This document shows, piece after piece, positions 27,288 through 37,400 of a stretch of DNA of 64,000 bases (position 1 is the first letter of the stretch; every line of letters starts with the position of its first letter). The position numbers and the translations under genes were made by a program. This stretch comes from Clostridiales bacterium (GTDB lineage Bacteria > Bacillota > Clostridia > Saccharofermentanales > DTU023), in NCBI GenBank assembly GCA_028724525.1, contig JAQYCV010000028.1:2309-66308 (forward strand). The letters are read 5' to 3'. Under the pieces are notes generated by a model. It saw nothing but the letters and a program-made list of their open reading frames with translations, was not told the DNA's origin and did no database searches.

Positions 27288-28337
27288 TCATTTGCCTGCA
27301 GGGCCAGCAAGCAAGTTGCGACGTCGCAACTGACCACAGGCGGCATCAATGTCTTGTCCCAGAGACCTTCGCACTGTAGCATTAATGCCCTGTCTTTCGA
27401 GCATCTTCGCAAAGGCTTGGACCTGGGCAGGAGTCGTGGCCTGGAAAGGGCTATGCTCAACTGCATTAGCCGGTATCAGATTGACATGGCACTTGCGCCC
27501 AGTTAGGAGCTTAGCCAAGGCTTTAGCTTGGTCCAGGCTGTCATTGATACCGGCAAAAAGAGCATATTCATAGGAAACCCGGCGGCCTGTTTGTTCAAAG
27601 TAAAAGTCAGCCGCTTCCAGGAGGTCTGGCAAAGGATTGTTCTTGGCGACGGGCATAATCGCTTCACGCAGGGCTTGATCAGGAGCATGAAGGGAGATAG
27701 CTAGGGTTAGGCCTAAGCCCTCAGCAGCCAAAGCATAGATTTTATCAATGAGCCCACAGGTCGACAGGCTAATCCTGCGGACAGAGAAGTTTCTGAAGTC
27801 GGGCGCAAGGAGGCGGCGAATAAAGGCCAAAACCTCTGTATAGTTGTCCAGGGGCTCCCCAATACCCATGAGGTCCAGGTTGCTGATCGCTTGGCCTGCG
27901 TGGTCCTCGAGGGCTAAAAATTGCCCCAGGAGGTCTCCCCTGCTGAGATTACGCTTAAGAGCGAGGCCCGTGGAAGCACAAAAGCGGCAGGCCATACGGC
28001 AGCCAATTTGGCTGGAGAGGCAGGCAGACATACCATAATGGTGAAACATGAGGACGGCCTCTATGGTCTCGCCATCTGGGTAAGCAAAAAGATACTTCTG
28101 CGATTCACTCAGTTTAGATCTTTGGACCTGGCGAATTTTGGGCAGGCCGGGCCAGAAGGTCTCAGATAGTTTGGTCCTCAGATCCAGAGGGAGATTAGCC
28201 AGGGCAGAAAAATCATCCAGGCCCTTACTCTGCCATTGGTAAAGTTGTTTGGCCCGGAACTTGGGAAGACCCTGGTCTTGGCACCAGGCCTCCAAGTCAG
28301 TTTTTTCTAGATCTAAGAAATTTTTAGCTGATTGCAT
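27288..28337 (-). CDS. rlmN: 23S rRNA/tRNA A2503/A37 C2-methyltransferase RlmN (radical SAM)
   Basis: The CRMACRFCAS CxxxCxxC cluster and a C-terminal DIDAACGQL. Confidence 0.95.
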   Translation of the reverse strand: MQSAKNFLDLEKTDLEAWCQDQGLPKFRAKQLYQWQSKGLDDFSALANLPLDLRTKLSETFWPGLPKIRQVQRSKLSESQKYLFAYPDGETIEAVLMFHHYGMSACLSSQIGCRMACRFCASTGLALKRNLSRGDLLGQFLALEDHAGQAISNLDLMGIGEPLDNYTEVLAFIRRLLAPDFRNFSVRRISLSTCGLIDKIYALAAEGLGLTLAISLHAPDQALREAIMPVAKNNPLPDLLEAADFYFEQTGRRVSYEYALFAGINDSLDQAKALAKLLTGRKCHVNLIPANAVEHSPFQATTPAQVQAFAKMLERQGINATVRRSLGQDIDAACGQLRRRNLLAGPAGK

Positions 28338-28348
28338 TGATTTCCCTC

Positions 28349-29749
28349 CTAGCCTTTTTTACGCAAGAGGCAGAGAAAAAAGCCATCCGTCTGGGTCAGG
28401 TCAGGCCGGAAGAGTAAGAAGCCCTGGTCCAGCAAAGCCTGGCTGGGCGGATCTTGAACCAGGACCTGGGCCAAGCGCTCAGGCAGCCGGCCACGCAAGT
28501 CTTCTAGGCTAAAGTCTTGGCCTGCTTCACTGGCCAAGAAGGCTTGGACAAGGTCCTGATTTTCTGCAGGGTTGAGGGTACAGGTAGAATAAATCACCCT
28601 TCCTCCGGGCCGACAAAGCCTATGGGCATTCATCAGCATAGCCATTTGCAGAGGGGGAAAGCGTTTGAGATCCTCATAACCCACCCGCAAGCGCAATTCT
28701 GGCTTTCTGGCCAAAAGCCCTAGGCCCGAGCAGGGAACGTCTAATAGTATCAGGTCCGCCTGGCCAGGGAAGTCCGGGAAAGCCTCTTGAATACGTTGAC
28801 CCAAGTGGGGATCAGTGGCATCCCCTTGCCAAAAGTGCAGGGGAAGGCCCAGACGTTGGGCATTAATTCTTGCCGTTTCCAGACGGTCTGCTAAAAGGTC
28901 TAGGCCCAAAACAAAAGTTCCAGGCTGGCTTCTTTCCGCTAGGTCACAGGTCTTGCCTCCTGGCGCCGCACAGAGGTCTAAAATGCTCCTAGCCTCTTCT
29001 GCGCCAGATAGGGCCCCCACCATCTGGGCAGGTTCGGACTGGACCATAAAATGACCGGCTTGAAAAGACGGAAGCTGGTCTAAGCGGCAGGAGCCAACAT
29101 CCAAACGGAGGGCAGAATCCAGATAGAGGCCGGGACTCACCTGATAGCCCTCCTGGCCTAACTTTGCCGTCAATCGTTCAGGGCTACTTTTCCGGGGGTT
29201 GACCCGAACCGTCAAGGGGAAGTCAGAGCTTAAGAAATAGTTCCCCAAGTCCAGGGCAGTCTCCTCCCCATACCAGGTCCGGAAAAGGCCAAAGAGTTCA
29301 TTGCCCAGCCCCAGGGCAAGCCCCTGGTCTTTCTTCTTCCATTGAATTTTATCTGGGTCAATTTTCCTCAAGATAGCATTAACAAAGCCTTTTGCCCTGT
29401 TCATACCAAAAAACTGGCAAAGTTTTACGGACTCATCCACGGCTGCAAAAGCAGGCACAGAGTAGGCATACAGGATCTGCCAAAGGCCCATACGCAAAAT
29501 CGTCAAAACCCTGCCTTCTATTTTATCTAGGGGCCTGGCACTATGCATAGCCAGTAGCTTATCGAGCGCCCGAACCCGACCCAAGCAACCATAGACCAAG
29601 GCCGTAGCAAAGGACCGGTCTTGGCTCCCCAAGTTGCTGGTCTGTAGGCCCTGGTCCAAGGCTTCATTAGAGAAAGCGCCTTCCTCTAAAACCTGGTAAA
29701 GGACCTGGCAGGCAAGTATGCGGGCGGGATCTGGACTAGACGTGGCCAT
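28349..29749 (-). CDS. rsmB: 16S rRNA m5C967 methyltransferase RsmB (Sun)
   Basis: N-terminal NusB-like domain, DLCAAPGGKT SAM box, and DVPCSG/YSTCT catalytic Cys motifs. Confidence 0.9.
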   Translation of the reverse strand: MATSSPDPARILACQVLYQVLEEGAFSNEALDQGLQTSNLGSQDRSFATALVYGCLGRVRALDKLLAMHSARPLDKIEGRVLTILRMGLWQILYAYSVPAFAAVDESVKLCQFFGMNRAKGFVNAILRKIDPDKIQWKKKDQGLALGLGNELFGLFRTWYGEETALDLGNYFLSSDFPLTVRVNPRKSSPERLTAKLGQEGYQVSPGLYLDSALRLDVGSCRLDQLPSFQAGHFMVQSEPAQMVGALSGAEEARSILDLCAAPGGKTCDLAERSQPGTFVLGLDLLADRLETARINAQRLGLPLHFWQGDATDPHLGQRIQEAFPDFPGQADLILLDVPCSGLGLLARKPELRLRVGYEDLKRFPPLQMAMLMNAHRLCRPGGRVIYSTCTLNPAENQDLVQAFLASEAGQDFSLEDLRGRLPERLAQVLVQDPPSQALLDQGFLLFRPDLTQTDGFFLCLLRKKG

Positions 29750-30462
29750 TAACGCTCTTGATCATTATGCAGGAGGATGAGGCGGAGCATAGAGGCAAAG
29801 GCTGTAGCTGCAGCTGCCACATAAGTCAGAGCCGCCGCGCCTAGGACGGCACGTGCTCCCTTAACTTCCTCGACCGTTAAATAATTACCCGTCTCCAGAA
29901 CCTGGAGGGCACGGCGCGAGGCGTCAATTTCCACCGGGAGAGTGAAGAGATAAAAGAGAACCGCAGCCGCATAAAAGATAATGCCCAGATTAAAGAGCAG
30001 GTTATTTTGAAGCATGAGTCCAAAAATTGCTAAATAAGGGCCAGCACCCGACCCAATGCGGGCAACAGGATAAATCACGTTACGCAGCTGGACAGGAAAA
30101 TAAGCTGCGGCATATTGCAAAGCGTGGCCAGACTCGTGGGCTGCCACTCCCAGGGCAGCAATAGAGCTAGAGTTGTAAACAGGCTCCGAAAGGCGCAAGA
30201 CCTCTTCTTTAGGGCTGTAGTGGTCAGTCAAGCTACCTCGAACCCTTTCCACACCGATATGATTCAGGCCGCCAGACTGGAGGATATCCCGAGCTACAGA
30301 CGAACCGGTAAGGCCACGTTGGGAATTGATCTTACTGTAGCGAGCAAAGGTAGACTTGACCTTAAATTGGGCAAACAGAGACAAGAGGAAGCAGGGTAAG
30401 ACTAAGATGAAATACCACTTATCCATAGGGAAGTAAAAATAGGCAAAGACTAAAAAGTTCAT
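29749..30462 (-). CDS. YugP-like membrane zinc metallopeptidase (Zn_peptidase_2)
   Basis: HESGHALQ (HExxH) between TM helices. The stop overlaps the rsmB ATG by 1 nt (TAATG). Confidence 0.8.
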   Translation of the reverse strand: MNFLVFAYFYFPMDKWYFILVLPCFLLSLFAQFKVKSTFARYSKINSQRGLTGSSVARDILQSGGLNHIGVERVRGSLTDHYSPKEEVLRLSEPVYNSSSIAALGVAAHESGHALQYAAAYFPVQLRNVIYPVARIGSGAGPYLAIFGLMLQNNLLFNLGIIFYAAAVLFYLFTLPVEIDASRRALQVLETGNYLTVEEVKGARAVLGAAALTYVAAAATAFASMLRLILLHNDQER

Positions 30463-30506
30463 AAATCGCTCCTTTGAGGAAAATATAGACGATCCAGATT
30501 TTCGAG

Positions 30507-31529
30507 CTAGATGCCAAAGTAACTGCCCTCGGCAAAATTGTGGAAGCAGTCACTCGCCTCTACCCGCTTGCCATTAGGGCCCTGGAGACTTTCAACACGT
30601 AAGCAGGCGTCTTGGCAGGCCAGCCAAAGCTCACGCTCATGCCGGACCACTTGGCCTGGTTGCAGGCTACAGGGGGCAGCTACAGAGGCTTGCAGAATCT
30701 TATAACGTTTACCGTCGTAAAAAGTATAGGAACCCGGCCAGGGCGTGAGGGCACGTATCTTGTTGACGTTAGCCTGGGCCGTTTGGCTAAAGTCCAAGAG
30801 CCCATCTGCTTTTTCCAGCTTCTTCGCGTAAGTAGACTGGCTATCATCCTGGGGGCGCAAGTCAATGAGGCCGCGATACCAGGCTGGCAGAATTTTGGGC
30901 AAAAGGATAGCCGAGAGGTCGGCGAGTTTGCAGCTGAGGCTGGGGGTATCATCCTCGGCGAGAATAGGCAGGCGGCAAGAGGCCAGGAGGTCTCCATCGT
31001 CTAAGCCAGGACCCATTTCCATTATAGAAAGAGCAGTCTCCTGGTCACCCGCCATGATGGCGGATGCCACCGGGGAGGCTCCGCGCCAGCGTGGAAGCAA
31101 GGAGGGATGGACATTCAAGCAACCATAGGGGGGCAGATCTAAGATCTCGGGCGGCAGGATATTGCCATAGGCCGAGGTGATGATCAGGTCCGGCTGCAAA
31201 GTGTCCAAGTCATCGCCTATGTGGGCGGGGTCTAGTTTGGGCCATGTGTACACAGGTAAGCCTAGGCTTTCCGCCAAAAGTTTGGCGGGGGTGGGCATTA
31301 ATTGCTGCTTGCGGCCTACAGGCCTGTCCGGCTGGGTTGCCACTGCTAGCAGGTTAAAGCCCTGGTCAGCAAGGCTTTGCAAGAGGGGCAAAGAAAAGTC
31401 CGGGCTACCCATGTAAAGGATAGACTTGCTTTTGTCTTGGGCTGTCAGGGGCAAAAAATCGCCGGCTGTTAAGTCCTCATAAGAAGTAAAAAAATACTGA
31501 TGAAGCTTTTCCTGCGCCGCTTTAGTCAT
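30507..31529 (-). CDS. fmt: Methionyl-tRNA formyltransferase
   Basis: YMGSPDFSLPLL and HPSLLPRWRGASP motifs. I prefer ATG 31529, which overlaps the def stop (ATGACTAA). The ORF-track start at 31568 adds 13 codons inside def. Either start leaves an unusual ~40-aa N-terminal extension. Confidence 0.85.
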   Translation of the reverse strand: MTKAAQEKLHQYFFTSYEDLTAGDFLPLTAQDKSKSILYMGSPDFSLPLLQSLADQGFNLLAVATQPDRPVGRKQQLMPTPAKLLAESLGLPVYTWPKLDPAHIGDDLDTLQPDLIITSAYGNILPPEILDLPPYGCLNVHPSLLPRWRGASPVASAIMAGDQETALSIMEMGPGLDDGDLLASCRLPILAEDDTPSLSCKLADLSAILLPKILPAWYRGLIDLRPQDDSQSTYAKKLEKADGLLDFSQTAQANVNKIRALTPWPGSYTFYDGKRYKILQASVAAPCSLQPGQVVRHERELWLACQDACLRVESLQGPNGKRVEASDCFHNFAEGSYFGI

Positions 31530-32055
31530 GCTGAATGAGTTCCACCTCTTCTCCCGTTTTGACATCAATGGCTTTGCCGTCTTTGTTATAGCGGAAAAGA
31601 TTGCCTACAATCTTGTCCGAAAAAAGGATACCTTCCAGATGGTCCGACTCATGGCAGATGCAGCGGGCCATTAAGCCATCAGCGGTGAGCTCTTGCGTTT
31701 GACCGGTCCGGTCCTGATAGCGGATGGTCACTTGGGCCGGTCGATCCACATAGCCATAGAGGCCTGGCAAGGAGAGGCAACCTTCAACCTCATGCTGGGT
31801 CGCCTCCTGGGCCAGAAATTCCGGATTAATGATGACCATGTCATGGGCAGGATCGCCTTCTTCATGGACATTCATCACAAAAATCCGCCTGAGAACTCCC
31901 ACTTGAGGGGCTGCTAAGCCCACGCCATTTTCTTCCCGCATGGTTTCCAAAAGATCGTCAACCAGGTCTTGTAGGCGGTCGTCAAATTTCTCCACGCGTC
32001 GGGATTTTTTGCGGAGCACGGGGTCTCCATCATGAAAAACTTTTCTTAAAGCCAT
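31522..32055 (-). CDS. def: Peptide deformylase
   Basis: GVGLAAPQ, EGCLS and HESDHLEG motifs. ATG 32055 (GGAAGG 4 nt upstream) is preferred over GTG 32067. Confidence 0.95.
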   Translation of the reverse strand: MALRKVFHDGDPVLRKKSRRVEKFDDRLQDLVDDLLETMREENGVGLAAPQVGVLRRIFVMNVHEEGDPAHDMVIINPEFLAQEATQHEVEGCLSLPGLYGYVDRPAQVTIRYQDRTGQTQELTADGLMARCICHESDHLEGILFSDKIVGNLFRYNKDGKAIDVKTGEEVELIQHD

Positions 32056-32141
32056 AGGACCTTCCACTTTCTTGTATAAAAGCCAGTCTAGCTATAGACT
32101 GGCTTCTTTATTCTAACACATGGGCCCTATGGTCACGTAAG

Positions 32142-34484
32142 CTAGGTTAAACGGAGGGGATTGATATCACAGGTCACACTAACCCCCTCTTCCCTGGGCA
32201 AATCGCTGACATAGCTGAGGACCTGGGTCAAGAGGTCACGCCTGGCAGACTTGAGGATAATGCGGAAGCGCCAGCGCCGGCGGATGCGGGCTATAGGCGC
32301 AGCCTGAGCAGGATACAAGAAGATCTGATCCCCTAATTGGTTTTGTTTTAAAAGGAAGTTCAGCTCCGCAAAAAGTTGGTGGGCTCGGTCTTGCGCCTTG
32401 GCCAGGCTGAGTGAGGAGATGAGGACTAGGCCTAAATCCTGATAGGGAGGGTATTGCAAGATCTTGCGGGTAACAATCTCGCTGGCATAAAAAGCAGAAT
32501 AATCCTGCTGGGCCGCCGCGATCAGCGCCGGATTGTCAGCTTGGAAAGTTTGAATGAGGACCTGGCCTGCTAAGTCCCGCCGTCCAGCCCGGCCGGCCGC
32601 CTGGCAGATGAGCTGAAAGGCCTTCTCCTGGGCTTGATAATCATCCATGCCCAACAAAGTATCAGCCGACATGATGCCTACGGTAGTCACCCTGGCAAAG
32701 TCATGGCCTTTGGCAATCATCTGGGTTCCTACCAGGCAGTCGGCTTCTCCCTGGGCAAATTGAGCCAAGATTTTGGCATGTCCCTGGCGGCTGGCCGTGG
32801 TATCAAAATCCATACGAAGGAAACGCTGCTGCGGGAAAGCCTCCTGCAAAATCTCTACCGCCTGCTGGGTCCCTATGCCAAAGGGGGCCAGACGGTCTGA
32901 GCTACATTCAGGACAATGGGCAGGTAGAGGGTCTATTCGGCCACAATAGTGGCAAATTAAGGCTTCCTGCTGGGGCTGACGAGGATTTCGGTGGACCGTC
33001 ATGGTGATATCACAGTCCGGGCATTTAGCCGTATAGCCACACTCGGGGCACAGAAGGAAGGAGGCATGGCCCCGGCGATTGAGGAGGACCATGGCTTGTT
33101 CTCCCCGCGCAAAAGTTTCCTCTAAAGCCTGGCGGAGGGCTCGACTCAAGAAACGCTGCTGGCCTAAAGTCTCCTCTGCTCGCATGTCTACCAAGTGGGT
33201 CTGGGGCAGGCTAGCCTTCCCTGCCCGCCTAGGCAGGCTTAAAAGAGTTGACTTGCCTGTTTCTGCCCTGTAATAGGAGACAACAGAGGGAGTGGCGGAA
33301 CTTAAAAGCAACTTGGCTCCATGCATAGTCGCCCGGATACGAGCGATGTCCAGAGCGTCATAGCGGGGCGTCTGGTCCGATTTATAGGAACTTTCCTGCT
33401 CCTCATCAACCACAATGAGGCCAATATTTTCCAAAGGGGCAAAAATAGCCGACCGAGCACCTGCGACCAGGCGTTTTTCACCCGACCGAATGGACCGCCA
33501 CTGCTCATAGCGTTCTGCCGGCGTGAGCCGGCTGTGTAAAACAGCGGCAGACTTGCCAAAGCGGGCTTGGATGCGGTTGCAAATTAAGGGCGTTAGGGAT
33601 ATTTCCGGGACCAGGATTAGGACATCACGGCCAGCCTGTAAGACGGCCTCGGCAGCCCGGAGGTAGAGCTCTGTTTTACCAGAGCCGGTCACGCCAAAAA
33701 GCAAGTATTCTTCCAGAGAGGAAGCGTTGGACGTCGGGCGGTCTAGAAGCTGACCAGAGTCCGACCTAGCTTCCAAGGATTCCAAGCCCTCCAGTTCTTC
33801 TGGGCTTAAGACTTGTCTGGCCCATGCCGGTCCTAACAGGCCGGAGAGAGCCTTAGCCTGGTCAGGATTGAGGCTGTGGTGCTGGGCTTCTTCAAGGGGC
33901 GGGAGATCTGCTAGGTCCCGGGTCACTTCTTGCTTAAAGAAGGTCAAGAAGCCGTTTTTCCTTAGGGTTGTGAGGATAGCGCGGGACACTTGGCAGGTAG
34001 CCATGATTTCCTCAAGGCTGGCCTCCCCTACATCAAGGAGAAACTCCAGGACCCGGACATGGTTGAGAGACCTCAGGCTACCTTCTTCCAAGACATCCTG
34101 GGCCTCGTCAGGATCTACTAGGCGGGCAAAACTTCTGGTCTTGGCCCCTGTGGTGAGAAGAAGCTGGGGGGCCATCAGGCGCAAGGCCTGGGAGATAGAG
34201 CAAAAGTAGCGTCTCCGCATTTCCTTGGCCAATTGGAACTGGTCTGGCCGCAAAAGTGATGAGGACTCTACGGCGAGAACCCGTTTGAGGGGGTAGGCAA
34301 ACTCCTCGTCAGTCTCTCTTATCTGCCAAACCCAGCCCTGGCGGACACTGTCACCCCGGCCAAAGGGGACTGTGACCACAGCTCCAACCTCCAAGGCATC
34401 CGAGCCTTGCTCGGGGGGCAGGTAGGTATAGGGCTGGTCAAAGGCCCTGGTCGTCTGGCGAAGGTAAATATCTAGGACCTGCAT
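32142..34484 (-). CDS. priA: Primosomal replication-restart helicase PriA
   Basis: GVTGSGKTE Walker A, VVDEEQESSYK, and Cys-rich Zn module CPECGYTAKCPDCD...CHYCG...CPEC. Confidence 0.95.
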   Translation of the reverse strand: MQVLDIYLRQTTRAFDQPYTYLPPEQGSDALEVGAVVTVPFGRGDSVRQGWVWQIRETDEEFAYPLKRVLAVESSSLLRPDQFQLAKEMRRRYFCSISQALRLMAPQLLLTTGAKTRSFARLVDPDEAQDVLEEGSLRSLNHVRVLEFLLDVGEASLEEIMATCQVSRAILTTLRKNGFLTFFKQEVTRDLADLPPLEEAQHHSLNPDQAKALSGLLGPAWARQVLSPEELEGLESLEARSDSGQLLDRPTSNASSLEEYLLFGVTGSGKTELYLRAAEAVLQAGRDVLILVPEISLTPLICNRIQARFGKSAAVLHSRLTPAERYEQWRSIRSGEKRLVAGARSAIFAPLENIGLIVVDEEQESSYKSDQTPRYDALDIARIRATMHGAKLLLSSATPSVVSYYRAETGKSTLLSLPRRAGKASLPQTHLVDMRAEETLGQQRFLSRALRQALEETFARGEQAMVLLNRRGHASFLLCPECGYTAKCPDCDITMTVHRNPRQPQQEALICHYCGRIDPLPAHCPECSSDRLAPFGIGTQQAVEILQEAFPQQRFLRMDFDTTASRQGHAKILAQFAQGEADCLVGTQMIAKGHDFARVTTVGIMSADTLLGMDDYQAQEKAFQLICQAAGRAGRRDLAGQVLIQTFQADNPALIAAAQQDYSAFYASEIVTRKILQYPPYQDLGLVLISSLSLAKAQDRAHQLFAELNFLLKQNQLGDQIFLYPAQAAPIARIRRRWRFRIILKSARRDLLTQVLSYVSDLPREEGVSVTCDINPLRLT

Positions 34485-34499
34485 GCGAAGGCACCCGAC

Positions 34500-37400
34500 C
34501 TACAGGCTAGGCCCTGGCCCTGTCAGGTCAAAAAGACTGAGCTGGGAACTTTCTGGCAGGCCATCCAAGATGCCCGTGACCCGCAAGTTCTCAACAGCTG
34601 CCGGGCCAATCCCCGCCCGGCTCTCCAGGTCCTCAATGGTTTGAAAGGGGCCCCCCTGCTTTCTAGCCTTAACAATTTCTTGAGCCATGCCCGTAGAAAT
34701 ACCCGTAATAATATCTAGAGGAGGACGAATTTGCCCCGGCCCAGGGCTAGTAAATTCATGGGCTGCGGATTCCACCAGGTCCAGAGGCAAGAAATTGATG
34801 CCTCTAGCCTGCATTTCCTCTACCAGTTCCAAGATGTAAAAGGCTTTTTCGTCTTTCTTTTCGATACGGCTGAAATTTTCCCGCGCCTTCCGCCGGTTCT
34901 CTTTAATAATATCGGGCGGCAGAAGATGCATATCTCGAGAAAAATCACCCGCCCTCACGGTAAACCAGGCACAATAGAAGGCCTCCGGGTAGTAGACCTT
35001 AAAATAGGCAACTCTTTGGGTAGAAATAGAGTAGGCAGCTGCATGCGCTTTAGGGAATAAGTACTGGATTTTGCGGCAGGATTCAATGTACCATTCAGGC
35101 ACCTCATGGTCCCGCATGAGTTGGATTTGTTCTTCCTTGAGTGGCCTACCCTTCCGCACAGTTTCCATGATGGTAAAGGCATCCTTGGAGGCCAGGCCAG
35201 AATAAATCAACCGGGTCATAATAGAGTCACGGCAACCAATGACCTCGTTAATCGTACAGGTCCCCTCCCGGATGAGGTCCTGGGCATTGCCCTTCCAAAC
35301 CCCAGTTCCGTGTGAGAGGCCAGACAGCTGAACGAGGTCATAGAAAGACTGGGGCTGGGTCTCCTTAATCATGTCGCGGGCCAGCATGGTGCCAACCTCG
35401 GGCAGGCCAATCGTGGCGGACCCAATTGTGGAATCTTCTGGCTTGATACCAATGGCAGCGGTAGACCGGAAGAGCTCCATGACCCTTTCATCTGGTATGG
35501 GGATATCGTTGATGTCCACACCCGTAAGGTCAGAGAGCATCTTGAGCATAGTGGGGTCATCATGGCCCAGAGCATCGATCTTTAAGATCGTCTCATCCAG
35601 GGCATGGAAGTCAAAGTGAGTGGTAATGATCCCCTTGTCCTGCTTGTTGGCAGGATACTGGATGGGGGTAAAGTCATAAATCTCCCGGTCTTCAGGGAGC
35701 ACAACAATACCGCCTGGGTGCTGGCCTGTAGAAACCTTAACGCCTTCAATCCCTTTTGCCAGTTGCTTCATATTATTAAGGCCTAGGTTTAAACCACTTT
35801 GTTCACAATAATTTCGGACCAGGGCCAGGGATTGCTTGCTGGCATAAGCGGAGGTTGTACCTGCCCGGTAGGTGTGGTCTTGGCCAAACATTTCTTCCAG
35901 GTAGGCGTGGGCTTCCGCCTGGTATTCGCCGGAAAAGTTCAAGTCAATATCGGGCTGTTTGTCCCCTTCAAAGCCTAAGAAGGTGGCAAAGGGAATGTCC
36001 TGTCCATCCCGGTTGAGGGGACTACCACATTCGGGGCAGAGCTTGGCTGGCAGGTCAAAGCCAGATCCATAGTTCCCTGTAGAATCCGGCTCATAGTAGT
36101 GGCAATGGGGGCAGATATAGTGAGGGGGCAGAGGGTTGACCTCGGAGATGCCACAAAAGGTTGCCAAGAGTGAGGAACCTACAGAACCCCGAGAGCCCAC
36201 AATATAACCGTCTGCATTGGATTTTTTAACAAGTTTATGGGCAATGTAATACATCACGGCATAACCGTTTGAAATGACAGAGTTAAGTTCCTTATCCAGG
36301 CGGTCAGCAATATCTGGCGGCAGGACACCCTCGCGGCCATATAAAGCTTGAGCCTGAGTTTCGGCCAAATTTTTCAATTCTTCTTCACTCGTATGGATAA
36401 CGGGAGGGTAGTTGCCAGCTGGGAAGGGCCGCATCCCCTCTTCTACCCTGGCCGCTACAGCCTGGGTATTCTCGACCACAACTTGCCTGGCTGTTTCCTC
36501 GCCCAAGTAGGAGAATTCTTCCAGCATTTCTTCCGTCGTGCGGAAATAAAGAGGAGCTGGGATTTCATCTTCAAAACCCATATCAGACATCACAATTTCT
36601 CTATAGATGTCGTCTTCGGGATCGAGGAAGTGAGAGTCACAGGTGGCACAAACCGGAACGCTCGCAGCATCTGCCCATTGCAAAACTAGGCGGTTGAGAT
36701 TCTGTAAATCTTCTCGGGACCGGATAGCCGTATTATCTCCCCGCAGTAAGAACTGGTTATTGTCTAGGGGCTGAATTTCCAGGTAATCATAAAATCTCGC
36801 CAGATCTAGAGAGGCCGGTTTAGCAAGATCTCGTCCAGCCGCTTCTAGGTCTCCGTGGCAGTCGGTGTAGGCCCCGATCACCTCAGAAAAGATTTCTCCG
36901 GCTACGCAGGCCGAACCCAGACTGAGGCCAGCCCGAAAATACTTAAGCTTAGATCGCGGGATACGGGGCTTAAAGTAGAAGTACTCCAGATGGGAGAGGG
37001 AAACCAGGCGGTAGAGATGGTAGAGGCCCAGGTCGTCATTAGCCAGGAGGATAATATGATAGCGCCTGGCCTTATTGGCCTTTAACTGGTCTTGATCCAG
37101 GTGTCCACAGGCGGCATTAAAGTCTGACCAGGAAGAAGCGCCAGAAGCGGCATAATAGGCTTTAAACAAGTCGATCTGTGCCTTTAAGTCCTGGCGGAGT
37201 TGCTCCTGATTGTCTAAGAGATCTTGCTCCCGATAAGTGCGCTGCTTGCGGAAATCCTGGCCTGCCTGGTCTAGATCTTGGCTGGGGCAGATAAAATTTT
37301 CCTGCCAGGCCAGATCTAAGGTCTGGAGCAAGGCCATATCCAGGTAGCAGGGATTAAACTTGAGATGGGCCGCCGTCTTCTCGCCCCTAAAGCCTTGGTA

